64,000 nucleotides of DNA, from contig MHUT01000018.1 of assembly GCA_001823535.1 (NCBI GenBank), positions 55,628 through 119,627 on the forward strand. The letters run 5' to 3'. The notes under the pieces are model-generated. The model worked only from the letters and a program-made list of their open reading frames with translations. It was not told the origin of the DNA and searched no databases. The position numbers and the translations under genes are program-made. The DNA is from Candidatus Yonathbacteria bacterium RIFCSPHIGHO2_02_FULL_44_14. GTDB taxonomy: Bacteria > Patescibacteriota > Minisyncoccia > Phycocordibacterales > UBA1550. This document shows positions 38,867 to 49,038 of this stretch, in pieces (positions within the stretch are counted from its first letter, which is position 1; each line of letters starts with the position of its first letter).

Positions 38867-39271
38867 TTATGGTTTTAATTTCGATCGTACAAATACTAAA
38901 ATCGCAACTGTAGTCCCCCCTAGTATATCAAATAGTAGGTCTCCTAGGGTATCAGGTACTGCATTCATGTGTCCGACAGTAAGAAAACTTACCACCGCCT
39001 CGTATGCTTCCCAGAGTAATCCTATGCTTAAAGCGTAGACAAGACACACTCCAAGGAGGGAGAAAAATCCTTGCGGTGTGACCCCCCGCCGACTGTATTG
39101 CCACCAAACACCAAAGCCTGCGAGCCACATACCCCCCGCAAAGTGCATTGGCATATCAAACCACCGCATCGTCCAATACCAGTGATATAATCCCGCTAAT
39201 CCATTCACTACAGCAATCGCAACAAGAAATATTACGAGAATGATTGGAATCTGGAGCTGTCGTGCTGGCAT
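38867..39271 (-). CDS. hypothetical integral membrane protein
   Basis: 4 TM. The annotated ORF start (39328) lies inside a 14-bp perfect hairpin, so the internal Met (MPARQLQ...) was taken as the start. Uncertain. Confidence 0.3.
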   Translation of the reverse strand: MPARQLQIPIILVIFLVAIAVVNGLAGLYHWYWTMRWFDMPMHFAGGMWLAGFGVWWQYSRRGVTPQGFFSLLGVCLVYALSIGLLWEAYEAVVSFLTVGHMNAVPDTLGDLLFDILGGTTVAILVFVRSKLKP

Positions 39272-39534
39272 TCGGTAAGTATACCCTGGTTTACACACGC
39301 AGCCAAACAACAAATTGAAAAAGCTCATGAGCAGAGGCTCATGAGCTTTTACTGAGGGCTACTGAAGGTATTGACTCTGGATAAATCCAGGTGGGTGCCC
39401 GCAATCATACACCAAGGTGCATGAAGATATGAGGCTCCCTTGTCAATAATTTAGGAGACAATACCTCGAATAACCCTACATTCAATATACGCTTACTAAA
39501 ATATTTTGCAACATTGCAAATTCATTACAAAACA

Positions 39535-39562
39535 AAAACCTTGCGTGATGCAAGGTCTCTGT
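39535..39562 (-). terminator. intrinsic terminator downstream of ndk (minus strand)
   Basis: The minus strand reads CCTTGC-atcac-GCAAGG followed by TTTTTGTTTTG. Confidence 0.45.
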
Positions 39563-39690
39563 GGCCGGGAGCTGTTCACGCGCTACAGATACGAGGCGCG
39601 GGTACATAATTTTTTGGAGCCATACTTTTGATATGGTGACAAAAAATTGTGTACCCGCAACAAAGTATATGTGGATGTGTGAACGGCTAC

Positions 39691-40167
39691 CTAAAATGCT
39701 TCGTCCGCGTACACGTAATCAAAGTTCGATTTCTTATAATCAAAAATTTCTTCTGGTTTAAAGAAACGAGCAACCTCTGCTTTCCCATTTTCTACCGAGT
39801 CTGATGAATGTACGACGTTTGATTGAATAGAGAGAGATAAGTCACCGCGAATACTCCCCGCATCTGCATCAAATCCCTTGGTTGGACCAACAAGAATACG
39901 TGTTGCAGAAACAGCGTTGATACCTGAGAGCACCATTACCACGACTGGCGATGCTTTCATAAACGCCTTGATTCCCACAAAGAACGGTTTGTCCGCAATG
40001 TGCGCGTAATGCGCCTCAAGGAGCGCATCTTCAAGGGCAATCATCTTCATCCCCACAATATTGAGACCTTTGCGCTCAAAACGTGTGGTAATCTCCCCCA
40101 AAAGAGAGCGCTGGATTGCGTCCGGCTTCACGATAATAAGTACCTGCTCCTCTTTTGGATGTGCCAT
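39691..40167 (-). CDS. ndk: nucleoside diphosphate kinase
   Basis: LIIVKPDAIQRSLLGEI...NAVHSSDS (catalytic His context). 158 aa. Confidence 0.85.
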   Translation of the reverse strand: MAHPKEEQVLIIVKPDAIQRSLLGEITTRFERKGLNIVGMKMIALEDALLEAHYAHIADKPFFVGIKAFMKASPVVVMVLSGINAVSATRILVGPTKGFDADAGSIRGDLSLSIQSNVVHSSDSVENGKAEVARFFKPEEIFDYKKSNFDYVYADEAF

Positions 40168-40364
40168 GGTGTTAAAAAATTATTTAATAAGATTTGAACA
40201 TACTAGCAAAAAAGCATCACACGAGCAATGCTCGCAGGGTTTTTTATTTGGTTTATTTCTTGTCCGTTGTTGCAGAAAAATATTCTTCAACCGCCGTATT
40301 TCAAATAGGGAAGCCTTTGTTTTTCGAACATCGCATATCCGAAAACATGCGTATGGCCTATGAT

Positions 40365-41645
40365 TTATAGTACTTCAGGATAAATTCTTTCGACTCCAAA
40401 ATGCCGAACAAACCGCGTGAATGCATTATTATTCCCTTTTATCTGTTCTGCGATGTTCCTAAGTCCTTGATTGCTTATTTTTGCTCCTTCGACAACCCTA
40501 TCAAGGGCACTTGTAACATGAGGCCAGTCAGCTGAACTCTGAGATGAAACAAACCTTCCTACGCTATTTTGAACATTTTTCTGAACTTCCAGGTCATTAA
40601 ACATATCTTCTGTTCCAGGAAGACCTACTACCCTATCCACAGTATACAGGTGAATGTTTTTAGACGATAACAGACCTTCCTTCAGTCTATTCACAATTTC
40701 TGGTTGCGAAGCTATCTTTGGATTATTTTGGAAGCTACCCGACAACCTGTCCACGACATCTGAAATATCGTCCGACTTTGCAATGAGTCTGGCAAGGGCG
40801 GATATTTCTTCTGCGGAAAGATTATTGATAGCCTCTGCCCTCTTTTCCTCAGATCTTATATCAAGAATTCTATTGTTCACTTCAACCGCATCAATCGGCT
40901 TAGATTCCAACGCCTCCGCAACTACTCCTGTGGATCCTGCAGCTTCAACCTTTCCACCCTTAATCTCTTGTGCTTCTTCCTTCTGCTTTTCTTGCACAAG
41001 CGCCTGCTTCTCTTTGTCCTCCCTCATGGCACCAGATACTTTATCACTAAACCCTGGGGCTTCTTTTATTGCATCGGGAATATTCTTCCATGTAGTATCA
41101 TATTGCGTCCTGTCCACACTCCCCCCATCTCTATATGCTCGAGCTGCTTCCACCATCGCATTTATAGCAACAGCTTCATTGGTGTTTTCTTTTTTCTCAA
41201 CATTCACCCCTTTTATCTCCGCTAGTAATGCGTCCGCCTGAGCGAGTTCTGCTTGGCGTCTTGTGGCGCTTTGTTCTGCTTGCTCAGCTTGTGCGACAGC
41301 TTCGGCAGTTGCCTTCTCCGCCTCTGCAACCTTTTTCTCTGCCTCGATTATTTCCTGATTCTCCTGATGAGCATCATCGTAGACTTCCCGAACTTGCCCC
41401 TCTGTCGTCGCCTCTTCTTGCGCACTACTCATCATTTCAGCTTGTTGCGATCGCAGTGCCTTTCGCTCGGCCATAACATTTTCCAAATCATCATCTGTCA
41501 TCTCACTGATATTCGTGCTTTTGATCTCATCCAGTCGCGCCTCCACCTTTGCAAAATCATCCCGCTCAGTACTTGCCGCCCCCGCTCCTGTTGATTCCAT
41601 ATTCATAGTACCCTCATTATGCCCCCACCCCGACCATATAGTCAA
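40365..41645 (-). CDS. coiled-coil-rich hypothetical protein (426 aa, Ala/Glu/Gln-rich)
   Basis: Long low-complexity helical segment (AEAEKATAEAVAQAEQAEQ...). No enzymatic motif. Confidence 0.35.
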   Translation of the reverse strand: MTIWSGWGHNEGTMNMESTGAGAASTERDDFAKVEARLDEIKSTNISEMTDDDLENVMAERKALRSQQAEMMSSAQEEATTEGQVREVYDDAHQENQEIIEAEKKVAEAEKATAEAVAQAEQAEQSATRRQAELAQADALLAEIKGVNVEKKENTNEAVAINAMVEAARAYRDGGSVDRTQYDTTWKNIPDAIKEAPGFSDKVSGAMREDKEKQALVQEKQKEEAQEIKGGKVEAAGSTGVVAEALESKPIDAVEVNNRILDIRSEEKRAEAINNLSAEEISALARLIAKSDDISDVVDRLSGSFQNNPKIASQPEIVNRLKEGLLSSKNIHLYTVDRVVGLPGTEDMFNDLEVQKNVQNSVGRFVSSQSSADWPHVTSALDRVVEGAKISNQGLRNIAEQIKGNNNAFTRFVRHFGVERIYPEVL

Positions 41646-41672
41646 GCAAAAATTCCCACAAGCTAGCAGGTG

Positions 41673-41957
41673 TTATTTATATAGTTGCGCGTGTGTACTA
41701 ATAGCAACAAATGTGACTACATCACCATTCTCAAAAAATATGGCGCGGTAGTCGCCGGTTATATCAATACTGCAACAGCCAGGATATGCCTTATCGACTG
41801 AATGATTATTAAGAATCGGGTCATACATATTCTTAAGGAAAATATTCCTTCGCTCTCTAAAAGCATCTTTGATTTTCTGAGGAAGTTTTGCGTACCTCTT
41901 CTCGAAATGTTTCTGAAGGAAAACACTTTTCATGCTAGAGCGCATTGAGGTACGCAT
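41673..41957 (-). CDS. type II toxin, RelE/YafQ/ParE-superfamily mRNA interferase-like
   Basis: 94 aa. FEKRYAKLPQKIKDAF...GDYRAIFF...VTFVAISTHAQLYK pattern typical of YafQ/RelE toxins. Confidence 0.55.
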   Translation of the reverse strand: MRTSMRSSMKSVFLQKHFEKRYAKLPQKIKDAFRERRNIFLKNMYDPILNNHSVDKAYPGCCSIDITGDYRAIFFENGDVVTFVAISTHAQLYK

Positions 41958-42213
41958 CCATCTCCTTCATGTTCGTAAATGCCGGCGAAAGATTCTTCCC
42001 CGCTTTTATATCCTTAAGCGCGCGGTCAAGCATCTTGCGCGTTTTATCGTTCAACACGGGGCGTTGCACTACCTCGATAGCAAGGCCCCCTTCCACAAAG
42101 GACTTGGTGGCGAGCGTAAGCACTGCTGAAAAAGGGATGCCCTCGGCGCGCGCTTTTTTCATCGCCTTTTCCTTGAGCTTTTTATCCATCTTGAAAATTA
42201 CTTGTGTATTCAT
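41935..42213 (-). CDS. antitoxin (RelB/DinJ/ParD-like) partner of the adjacent toxin
   Basis: 92 aa, upstream of and overlapping the toxin gene by 23 nt, the classic TA arrangement. Confidence 0.45.
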   Translation of the reverse strand: MNTQVIFKMDKKLKEKAMKKARAEGIPFSAVLTLATKSFVEGGLAIEVVQRPVLNDKTRKMLDRALKDIKAGKNLSPAFTNMKEMDAYLNAL

Positions 42214-42255
42214 ATATATATATTCTACATATATCTAATATATATGTCAAGTCGC

Positions 42256-45051
42256 CTAATTCCCCCCTCGAAACCGCGCCATAATCTCTGCCTCCACTTC
42301 ATCGCGCGGTGCGCCGTATTTCAAATACGAAAGCTGTTTGAGTTTTTCTGCCATTCTAGGGTCACCCTCTTCTGGTTTCATCGCTGTGATATTGAATGGT
42401 TTTGTTGGCTGACCATTTACGAGCATACTCATGTATGCATTATAGTTGTCGAGACGAGTTAGGTCTTGGGCTGTAAAAGTTGGCTTAAGCTTAGCCTCCA
42501 AATATTCAGCATCTTCAGGGCTCACACGAAAGAACGCCATGTTCCCAACATTACCAAACACTGCATCCTTGATTTCATCAGAAAGTTGCGCAATGAACTG
42601 ATGAGCAGCGATTAACCCTAGGCGATATTTGCGCGCCTCGGATAGAATGGTCGCAATGGACGGCGTTGTTACATTGTAAAATTCATCAATATAGAGGTAA
42701 AAGTCATTCGGTTTTTTACCTGTTCCAAACATATCCACACGAGAAAGCGCTGCCATTGTGATTTTCCCAACAAGAACAAGACCTATGAGTTTCGCATTTA
42801 TATCACCGAGTCGCCCCTTGGACAAATTGACAAGGAGAATCTTTTTTTCGTCCATAATCTTTCTGAAATTAAACGAGGACTCTTTTTGGAGCACCACAGG
42901 GCGCATGATGTCGTTGGAAATGAACGGGTCGAACTTGCTCGAAATATACGGCACAAAGTTTGCGAGTCCTTGGTCGCCGGTTGTCTTTTCCGCGCTCGCC
43001 CAAAATTGTGCAATGATCGGATTCTTGCACCGCGAAAGCTTCAAATCGCGAAACGCCTTGTCGGAAAGCACACGAGTAATATCAAGGAGTGTTGCCTGCT
43101 CGCTCGTGTCTTCCATGACAAGGAAGGCGGCATTTTTGAAATACTGCTCGAACATTGCGCCTCCGCCTGCCTTCATATCAAAAAGCTGATTAAATATGTT
43201 CATCATCTCATTTACCACGAATGTTTTCTGCTCGGGACGGCTGTGGTCATACTCGAGCATATTGAGTCCCATTGGGCGCTCTATATACGACGGATCAAAA
43301 TAAATCACATCATCAGCGCGCTCGGGTGGAATGAGCGCAAGGATATCCTGCACGTCATTCCCGTGCGGGTCGATGAAGCACACGCCGTCGCCATTCCGAA
43401 TATCCTGAATAATCATATTTTTCAGGATGCTCGTCTTGCCGGTCCCTGTCTGACCAATAACATACATATGTCGCACGCGATCCTCGCGTCCCATGCGCAC
43501 AATTGTTTCTTTGTTGTGATAAATATTTTTCCCAAGAATAATTCCCTCGTTCCCCATTTCGATAGGCGCCGGTGCACCTCCTGCCTTTGCCTCCTTGAGT
43601 TCTGATGCAGAAGTTGCGATAACAGGAAAATGAAACATTGTTGCAAGTTCTTTTAAATTAAGCGGAAAACTTTCTTTGTCGCTCCACATACGAAACGAGT
43701 AACGATAAATTGCCTCCGAGAGAGCGCTTCCTTTTGTATCGCGCTCCCACTTAATAGTATTTGATTGTGGTTTCCCAAATTGATTGAATGCGCTTTCGAG
43801 TTCATTCAATATCGTCTCTGCGCGCGCCGAAGTATCCGCCGATGCAATAATGCGAATATTGGTGTCAACAATTGGCGATGCTATTTTCTCCTCAATATTT
43901 TTTATTGCTTCTTCTTCAATTGGCTCATCCTCCTTGCGCAGCTTTACCCCGAAAACAAGACTCTTTGCGACATTTGCAAATTCTGCGGCAAATTGCGCGC
44001 CCGCATTCTTGAGCGCATCCTTTGCCTTTGTGCCCTTTTTGATCTGCTCCACTATCCCATGGTAACGAGTGTTGAACGCCTTACCCGAAGGGCGAATGAC
44101 GAACTGCACAGCCACCCCCTCGCCGTCTCGGTTTATTTTTGAAAATGTGGAGAGGAGCACGTTGAGCGGATCCTGTGTAAATGTTTCAAACGTGCGAAGC
44201 GGGTATGCAACCTCTCCCCCTGTGGTGGCAAAAGAAGCAACGCTTACACCTTTTTCATTAAACGGATTATAGTCTTCGCGATGTTCTTTGAGTCTCGCGT
44301 CCGGGTATACTGCAAGAATTTGTTTTTCAAAAAGGTTTGCGTGCTCAAGTGGAACCGCAGAATAAAATACGATATGCTCGCTGAAATTCGACAGTGCGAG
44401 TTCGAGCGTAAAATAATTTTTTGTGTCGCCAAAGCCCGATTTCGTATTCTCGATTGAAAGCATGCCGGCATAAAAGTGCTCCATGCCGGAAACCAGCTGT
44501 GCAAACTCGCGTTTCTCGCCAGTGGGATCTATGGGCGGTAATGTCACCTCATAAAGACGCATCTTGAGCGCACGCGCAAGCTCCTTATCGCGAGAAATGC
44601 CAGCAAAGTCCCCCGTCTCCAAAATGAGCTGGACGAGCATGCGATGAAAATCATCCTCGATATGCGGATTGTTTAATTTCTCGAGGAGCGCGAGCGCATT
44701 TTTAATGCCTTTTGTCTCCACAATGCGCATCAGCTGGTCAATAGCTTCCTTGTGCTCAACACCAAGCTTCACCACATTGGTTTCAAGCTCATCGATCTTC
44801 ATACGATAGCTTTCTTCAAGAAGTGCCTCGGGAGGTGCGGCGCGATATTCAGCAACCTTTTCACGCACGATCTCTTCACGCTTCTCGAGCGTGCGCTCGG
44901 GTGACCCCGGAGCAATCCCCATCACGCGCTCCTTGTCCGCAATCTGGGCGCGCAAGTATGCTACCTCTTCCTCTGGAGATTGGAATTGTTTCCCCACGCT
45001 TCCGTATTCTGGATTCATATCATGAAAGTATACCATAAAATGTTCTCTCAA
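42256..45051 (-). CDS. large P-loop ATPase of the FtsK/HerA/VirD4 (AAA-like, DUF87 / T4SS coupling-protein-like) class
   Basis: 931 aa. Walker A VIGQTGTGKTS, and downstream YLYIDEF (Walker B-like). About 430-aa N-terminal region of unknown function. Confidence 0.45.
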   Translation of the reverse strand: MREHFMVYFHDMNPEYGSVGKQFQSPEEEVAYLRAQIADKERVMGIAPGSPERTLEKREEIVREKVAEYRAAPPEALLEESYRMKIDELETNVVKLGVEHKEAIDQLMRIVETKGIKNALALLEKLNNPHIEDDFHRMLVQLILETGDFAGISRDKELARALKMRLYEVTLPPIDPTGEKREFAQLVSGMEHFYAGMLSIENTKSGFGDTKNYFTLELALSNFSEHIVFYSAVPLEHANLFEKQILAVYPDARLKEHREDYNPFNEKGVSVASFATTGGEVAYPLRTFETFTQDPLNVLLSTFSKINRDGEGVAVQFVIRPSGKAFNTRYHGIVEQIKKGTKAKDALKNAGAQFAAEFANVAKSLVFGVKLRKEDEPIEEEAIKNIEEKIASPIVDTNIRIIASADTSARAETILNELESAFNQFGKPQSNTIKWERDTKGSALSEAIYRYSFRMWSDKESFPLNLKELATMFHFPVIATSASELKEAKAGGAPAPIEMGNEGIILGKNIYHNKETIVRMGREDRVRHMYVIGQTGTGKTSILKNMIIQDIRNGDGVCFIDPHGNDVQDILALIPPERADDVIYFDPSYIERPMGLNMLEYDHSRPEQKTFVVNEMMNIFNQLFDMKAGGGAMFEQYFKNAAFLVMEDTSEQATLLDITRVLSDKAFRDLKLSRCKNPIIAQFWASAEKTTGDQGLANFVPYISSKFDPFISNDIMRPVVLQKESSFNFRKIMDEKKILLVNLSKGRLGDINAKLIGLVLVGKITMAALSRVDMFGTGKKPNDFYLYIDEFYNVTTPSIATILSEARKYRLGLIAAHQFIAQLSDEIKDAVFGNVGNMAFFRVSPEDAEYLEAKLKPTFTAQDLTRLDNYNAYMSMLVNGQPTKPFNITAMKPEEGDPRMAEKLKQLSYLKYGAPRDEVEAEIMARFRGGN

Positions 45052-45124
45052 AACCGAAAAGTAGCGGTGTTGTCGAGCAACACCGCTACTTTTCGGTTTT
45101 TGTTTCTGTATAACCTACTCCTGC

Positions 45125-46294
45125 CTACTTAAGCCTTGACTCAATTTTTTCTATACGAAGAAGAAGTTCCACATTGTCTGCTTTGAGTTTGTCGTTCTCA
45201 GCCTTTAGCTCTTTGACAGAATTTACCAAAGGGACAACGAACTCAGCGTACGAAAGCGAGTAATAGCCGTCCTTTGTTGCAGGTTTATTGATGCCATAAA
45301 AAGGAATGTCAGTCGCCTCTACTTCTTGAGCGATAAAACCATTGTGAGTTTGATTTGTAGCGTCTGTTGTGAATTTGAAGGATACTGGTCGAAGGCGTGT
45401 AATGAAATCAAGCCCATGTGTGTAATCAACAACATCTTTTTTCAGTCGCGCATCGGAAAGATTTGACCAAGCTACCTGCCCACCGATAACAGTAACTGCT
45501 GTATTGCCAATACGAACTTTGTTTGAGGCGTCGACGAAAGTATACGCACCAATAGCAGTAGCGTTAGTAAGATTAGAAGAAAAAGGCATGGAGGTGAAGG
45601 CCCCAATCGCAGTGTTGTATGTGCCTGTACCGTTAAAACGAAGTGAATCAATCCCAACCCCAGTATTATAGGACCCTGAAGTATTGTAGAAAAGAGATTG
45701 AGTACCCACTGCGGTATTACCGCCTCCATAGGTCGAATAAAGAGCATCGTATCCGTTCGCGGTGTTGTTGCTACCGTCCTCGTTATCATAGAGAGCATAC
45801 CCACCAGTCGCAGTGTTTCGACTACCAGTGCTGTTCATTAGTAAGGATGCAAAACCGCTTGAGGTGTTGTCGGTGCCGGTGATGTTCGAACACAGAGCAC
45901 AATATCCCATCGCGGTATTGTCACCTGATCCAGAACCCCCTACTCCTACCGTAATTCCATTTACGAGAATATCTCCGGGGTCAGATATTCTCCAAGTAAG
46001 AGAAGCTCCGTCCCATCGGACAGTTTGCCCGTCGTCAGTTCCTGTAGGTAGTGCGCCGATTATTGCACTCAAACATTTTCCTGTGATGCACACATCTCCA
46101 GTACTAATGATATCGCCAACCGTCAACGTTCCGGTTTTTGTTTGAGGAGCACTGCCTGTGTTAATTGGTGCATCCACATTCCCCAGAGGGGGTACTGATG
46201 CCGGTGCTGTCCACGCAAGAGCATGGCTCACTCCAAAAGAAACAACGACTGCAAGAGTGATGACTTTAATAGTGGAAAAAATTTGTTTGGTCAT
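45125..46294 (-). CDS. secreted fibre-like repeat protein with C-terminal intramolecular-chaperone (peptidase S74-like) domain
   Basis: Signal peptide then AWTAPASVPPLGNVDAPIN motif. Many NTA(V/I)G repeats. C-terminus SDARLKKDV...GFIAQEVE...LKAENDKLK resembles the self-cleaving chaperone domain of tail-fibre / endosialidase proteins. Confidence 0.5.
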   Translation of the reverse strand: MTKQIFSTIKVITLAVVVSFGVSHALAWTAPASVPPLGNVDAPINTGSAPQTKTGTLTVGDIISTGDVCITGKCLSAIIGALPTGTDDGQTVRWDGASLTWRISDPGDILVNGITVGVGGSGSGDNTAMGYCALCSNITGTDNTSSGFASLLMNSTGSRNTATGGYALYDNEDGSNNTANGYDALYSTYGGGNTAVGTQSLFYNTSGSYNTGVGIDSLRFNGTGTYNTAIGAFTSMPFSSNLTNATAIGAYTFVDASNKVRIGNTAVTVIGGQVAWSNLSDARLKKDVVDYTHGLDFITRLRPVSFKFTTDATNQTHNGFIAQEVEATDIPFYGINKPATKDGYYSLSYAEFVVPLVNSVKELKAENDKLKADNVELLLRIEKIESRLK

Positions 46295-46311
46295 AATATA
46301 GTTAATTACTT

Positions 46312-46881
46312 TTAATGGATCTGAATTTCACTTGCAGAGAATTCTTTCAGTGTCTTTATGTTCTCTGTGGCAGTGGCGACGAGCGCGATGCCAACAGTGA
46401 TACTTGAAGCATCAATAGTGGTAAGAATTGGCTCTGGTGGGCGTGGTAGTGTTGCGCCAGAGCTTTTCCCTGCTTTCATATTTTTGATATATGCATCCCT
46501 TTCAGCCTTATAGGTGTTCATATCTCCTTGAGAAATTTTTATTATTTTGGTGTCCTTTGTAATGACTATGGTTCGATCGAGCATAGCAGGGTCCTCAAAC
46601 GGATTCGTTGACTGCGTGTGGACAGTGATTCGGTCTCCATTGACGGCGGTGACAGCACCGGAAATAGTGCGAATATCATCGGGTGCGCGAAATGCGCGAC
46701 CAATATTACTTTCTTGTGCCAACTTTTTTGCGTTATCGAAACCTGCCTGATAAGTATTCGCTGATACTTGCTTGAAATATATAAACGATGCGCATGTTCC
46801 AACTATAATTCCAACAACAAGCACTCCAATATACTGAGCAGTGTGGGACGGACAAACTAGCGGTGGTGACTGTGTTTCCAT
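46312..46881 (-). CDS. membrane-anchored hypothetical protein (189 aa)
   Basis: Single N-terminal TM. No motif. Confidence 0.3.
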   Translation of the reverse strand: METQSPPLVCPSHTAQYIGVLVVGIIVGTCASFIYFKQVSANTYQAGFDNAKKLAQESNIGRAFRAPDDIRTISGAVTAVNGDRITVHTQSTNPFEDPAMLDRTIVITKDTKIIKISQGDMNTYKAERDAYIKNMKAGKSSGATLPRPPEPILTTIDASSITVGIALVATATENIKTLKEFSASEIQIH

Positions 46882-47007
46882 TTTTTTAATTAACTTATTA
46901 CCAAAAGTATACCACTTTGCGCAGAGAAATACGCAAATATCCTATGTGGATAACTTAAAAATGCCTAAAATACAGGCAAGTGGAAGCTAGTCTTCGTATT
47001 TTTGAAT

Positions 47008-47505
47008 CTACTTTGTTTCAGGAGACCGAGGCTCAGATTCTCTTTTGAGAATTATAAGCGCTATGAGTAGAGCAACAAAAAATATGGCAGAACCATAAAA
47101 ACACGGTGTGGTAAATGGACTTGCGGTCGGTACCCCTGAGCATCCTACCCCCTGCCCCGGCAATGCGGTATAAAAATCGTACACCAAACGCAGAAAATTT
47201 GTCCACGCAAAAACATTACCTGCTGACAACAGGACCAACAAATACTTTTCACTTTTACGTCGCATCTCGCCTTCTTTTTTTAGAAGCGCAACCGACCACG
47301 CAAAAGCAACAGCAAAGGCGATGGCCCCATAAAAACATGGCGTGGTAACAGGGTTCGGATAGATACAATCTTTAATTTTCAAAAGTGTCCCCTCTGCGTT
47401 GTAAAAACGCATAAAATCAACCAATGCGGTCGTCCACGCAAAAACGGTTCCCCCTAGAAGGGTAGCAGTTTGTATCCAATACATCTTCGTTTTCATATTA
47501 AGCAT
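47008..47505 (-). CDS. 4-TM membrane protein with internal tandem duplication (TTPCFYG motif twice)
   Basis: Two homologous halves, each FAWT...P(V/F)TTPCFYG(A/S)(I/A)(A/I)F. Confidence 0.35.
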   Translation of the reverse strand: MLNMKTKMYWIQTATLLGGTVFAWTTALVDFMRFYNAEGTLLKIKDCIYPNPVTTPCFYGAIAFAVAFAWSVALLKKEGEMRRKSEKYLLVLLSAGNVFAWTNFLRLVYDFYTALPGQGVGCSGVPTASPFTTPCFYGSAIFFVALLIALIILKRESEPRSPETK

Positions 47506-47526
47506 TGTATCACTTAACGATTTCTA

Positions 47527-48306
47527 TCAAAACTCTCGCTTCGTCAAAATCTCCGCATCGCCTTCAGTGATTAAAATAGTATGTTCAAAGTGTGCACTGC
47601 GCTTGTGGTCTCGCGTTACGTAAGTGTAGCCGTCAGGCATAAGCTTAATATATCGCGTTCCTTCGTTTACAATAGGCTCAAGAGCGAGCACCATTCCAGC
47701 TTTCAGCTTCATCCCCTGTCCGCGTTCACCGTAATTTGTGATATGCGGATCTTCGTGTTGCTTATACCCTACCCCATGCCCTCCGAGTTCCTCCACAACT
47801 ACAAAACCATGATCCTTTACATATTTTTCGATAGCATAACCAATATCACCGATAGTATTTCCAGCGCACGCTGCATCAATACCTGCAACAAGAGCACCTT
47901 CTGTTGCCAATATAAGCTTTTTTGCGGTGTCATCTATTTTCCCCACTGGCACTGTAAGCGCAGAATCTGTAAAAAAACCCTTATGTTTGACGCCAGTGTC
48001 AATACCGATAATATCGCCCTCTTTAAGGATGCGGTCACTACCGATCCCATGCACAATTTCATTGTTCACCGAAACACAAAGCGTTCCCGGGTATGCAGTA
48101 CGGGCGCCTTCTGGTTGATAATTCAAAAAAGCTGGCTCATCTCCTCCGTCGCGCATTAGCTTCTCTGCAAGCTGGTCAAGTTCGCGTGTGGTCACACCCG
48201 GCTTGACAGCATCACGCACCACACTCAAAACACGTGCGAGGCGCTTGCCACCTTCGCGAATAATTGCAATTTCTTCCTCAGTTTTTATCATTTCTTGTTT
48301 TGACAT
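47527..48306 (-). CDS. map: methionine aminopeptidase type I
   Basis: 259 aa with the conserved metal-ligand contexts of MetAP-I (D..D..H..E..E). Confidence 0.9.
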   Translation of the reverse strand: MSKQEMIKTEEEIAIIREGGKRLARVLSVVRDAVKPGVTTRELDQLAEKLMRDGGDEPAFLNYQPEGARTAYPGTLCVSVNNEIVHGIGSDRILKEGDIIGIDTGVKHKGFFTDSALTVPVGKIDDTAKKLILATEGALVAGIDAACAGNTIGDIGYAIEKYVKDHGFVVVEELGGHGVGYKQHEDPHITNYGERGQGMKLKAGMVLALEPIVNEGTRYIKLMPDGYTYVTRDHKRSAHFEHTILITEGDAEILTKREF

Positions 48307-48344
48307 TTAAATTAACTTTTTATACAGGATGGAGCTTTGCGAAA

Positions 48345-48938
48345 CTAAAAACCAAGTCCTTTTTTGATATCATTAAACACTTCTTCGGGAGTTTGCTCGC
48401 CGTTAATTTCAAGAAAACGATATGTTGGATTGTTTCGATAGTAATCAATCACAGGAACCACGTCTTTTGTAAAGAATGCAAATCTTCGCGCTATCACTTC
48501 AGGCTTGATGTCGTCCGCTCTCCCGCGCCCGCGCAAACGCTCTTCTGCCCACTCCTGCGATACATTCAAAAAAACAACTACGGGGTTTATGCGGTCATAA
48601 AAAGGAAGCGCGGTATCAAGAATTTTCGCCTCCGCGAGCGCGCGCGGTGCGCCATCGAACACTAGGTGTTGGTTGCCATGAAAATTTTCTACAAGTGCGG
48701 TTGTCCACATCCATACCGCAAGAAAGTCTGGCTGGCGAGTACCAAGCTCGATAATCTTTCTGGCGCGTACCCATGTGTCACCAGTCTCCTTGATGTATTT
48801 TCTGAAATAATCGCCAGTTTCAATATAAAGAACAGGTAGGTCAGGGGAATGTTCGCCAAGATACCTCTGAAAGTGCTCTGATTGCATTCCTTTCCCAGCA
48901 CCCGAGCGCCCGATAAATATGACCGTCTGCAAATTCAT
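48345..48938 (-). CDS. adk: adenylate kinase
   Basis: IFIGRSGAGKGMQ P-loop. Short form without zinc lid. Confidence 0.9.
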   Translation of the reverse strand: MNLQTVIFIGRSGAGKGMQSEHFQRYLGEHSPDLPVLYIETGDYFRKYIKETGDTWVRARKIIELGTRQPDFLAVWMWTTALVENFHGNQHLVFDGAPRALAEAKILDTALPFYDRINPVVVFLNVSQEWAEERLRGRGRADDIKPEVIARRFAFFTKDVVPVIDYYRNNPTYRFLEINGEQTPEEVFNDIKKGLGF

Positions 48939-49038
48939 ACAGGAAGCATAGCAGGGAAAGACTAAAAAAACAAAAAATGCGTATAAACAAGGACCGCCCT
49001 TAAGAATTCAAGAAGGGCGGTCATTGTTTATATTTGTT

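Noticed and set aside
39318-39352. 14-bp perfect hairpin AAAAGCTCATGAGC-agag-GCTCATGAGCTTTT read as part of the 38867..39328 coding sequence
   Set aside because: It is more plausibly a bidirectional terminator or attenuator, so the ORF start was moved to the internal Met. The hairpin is not listed as a coding feature.
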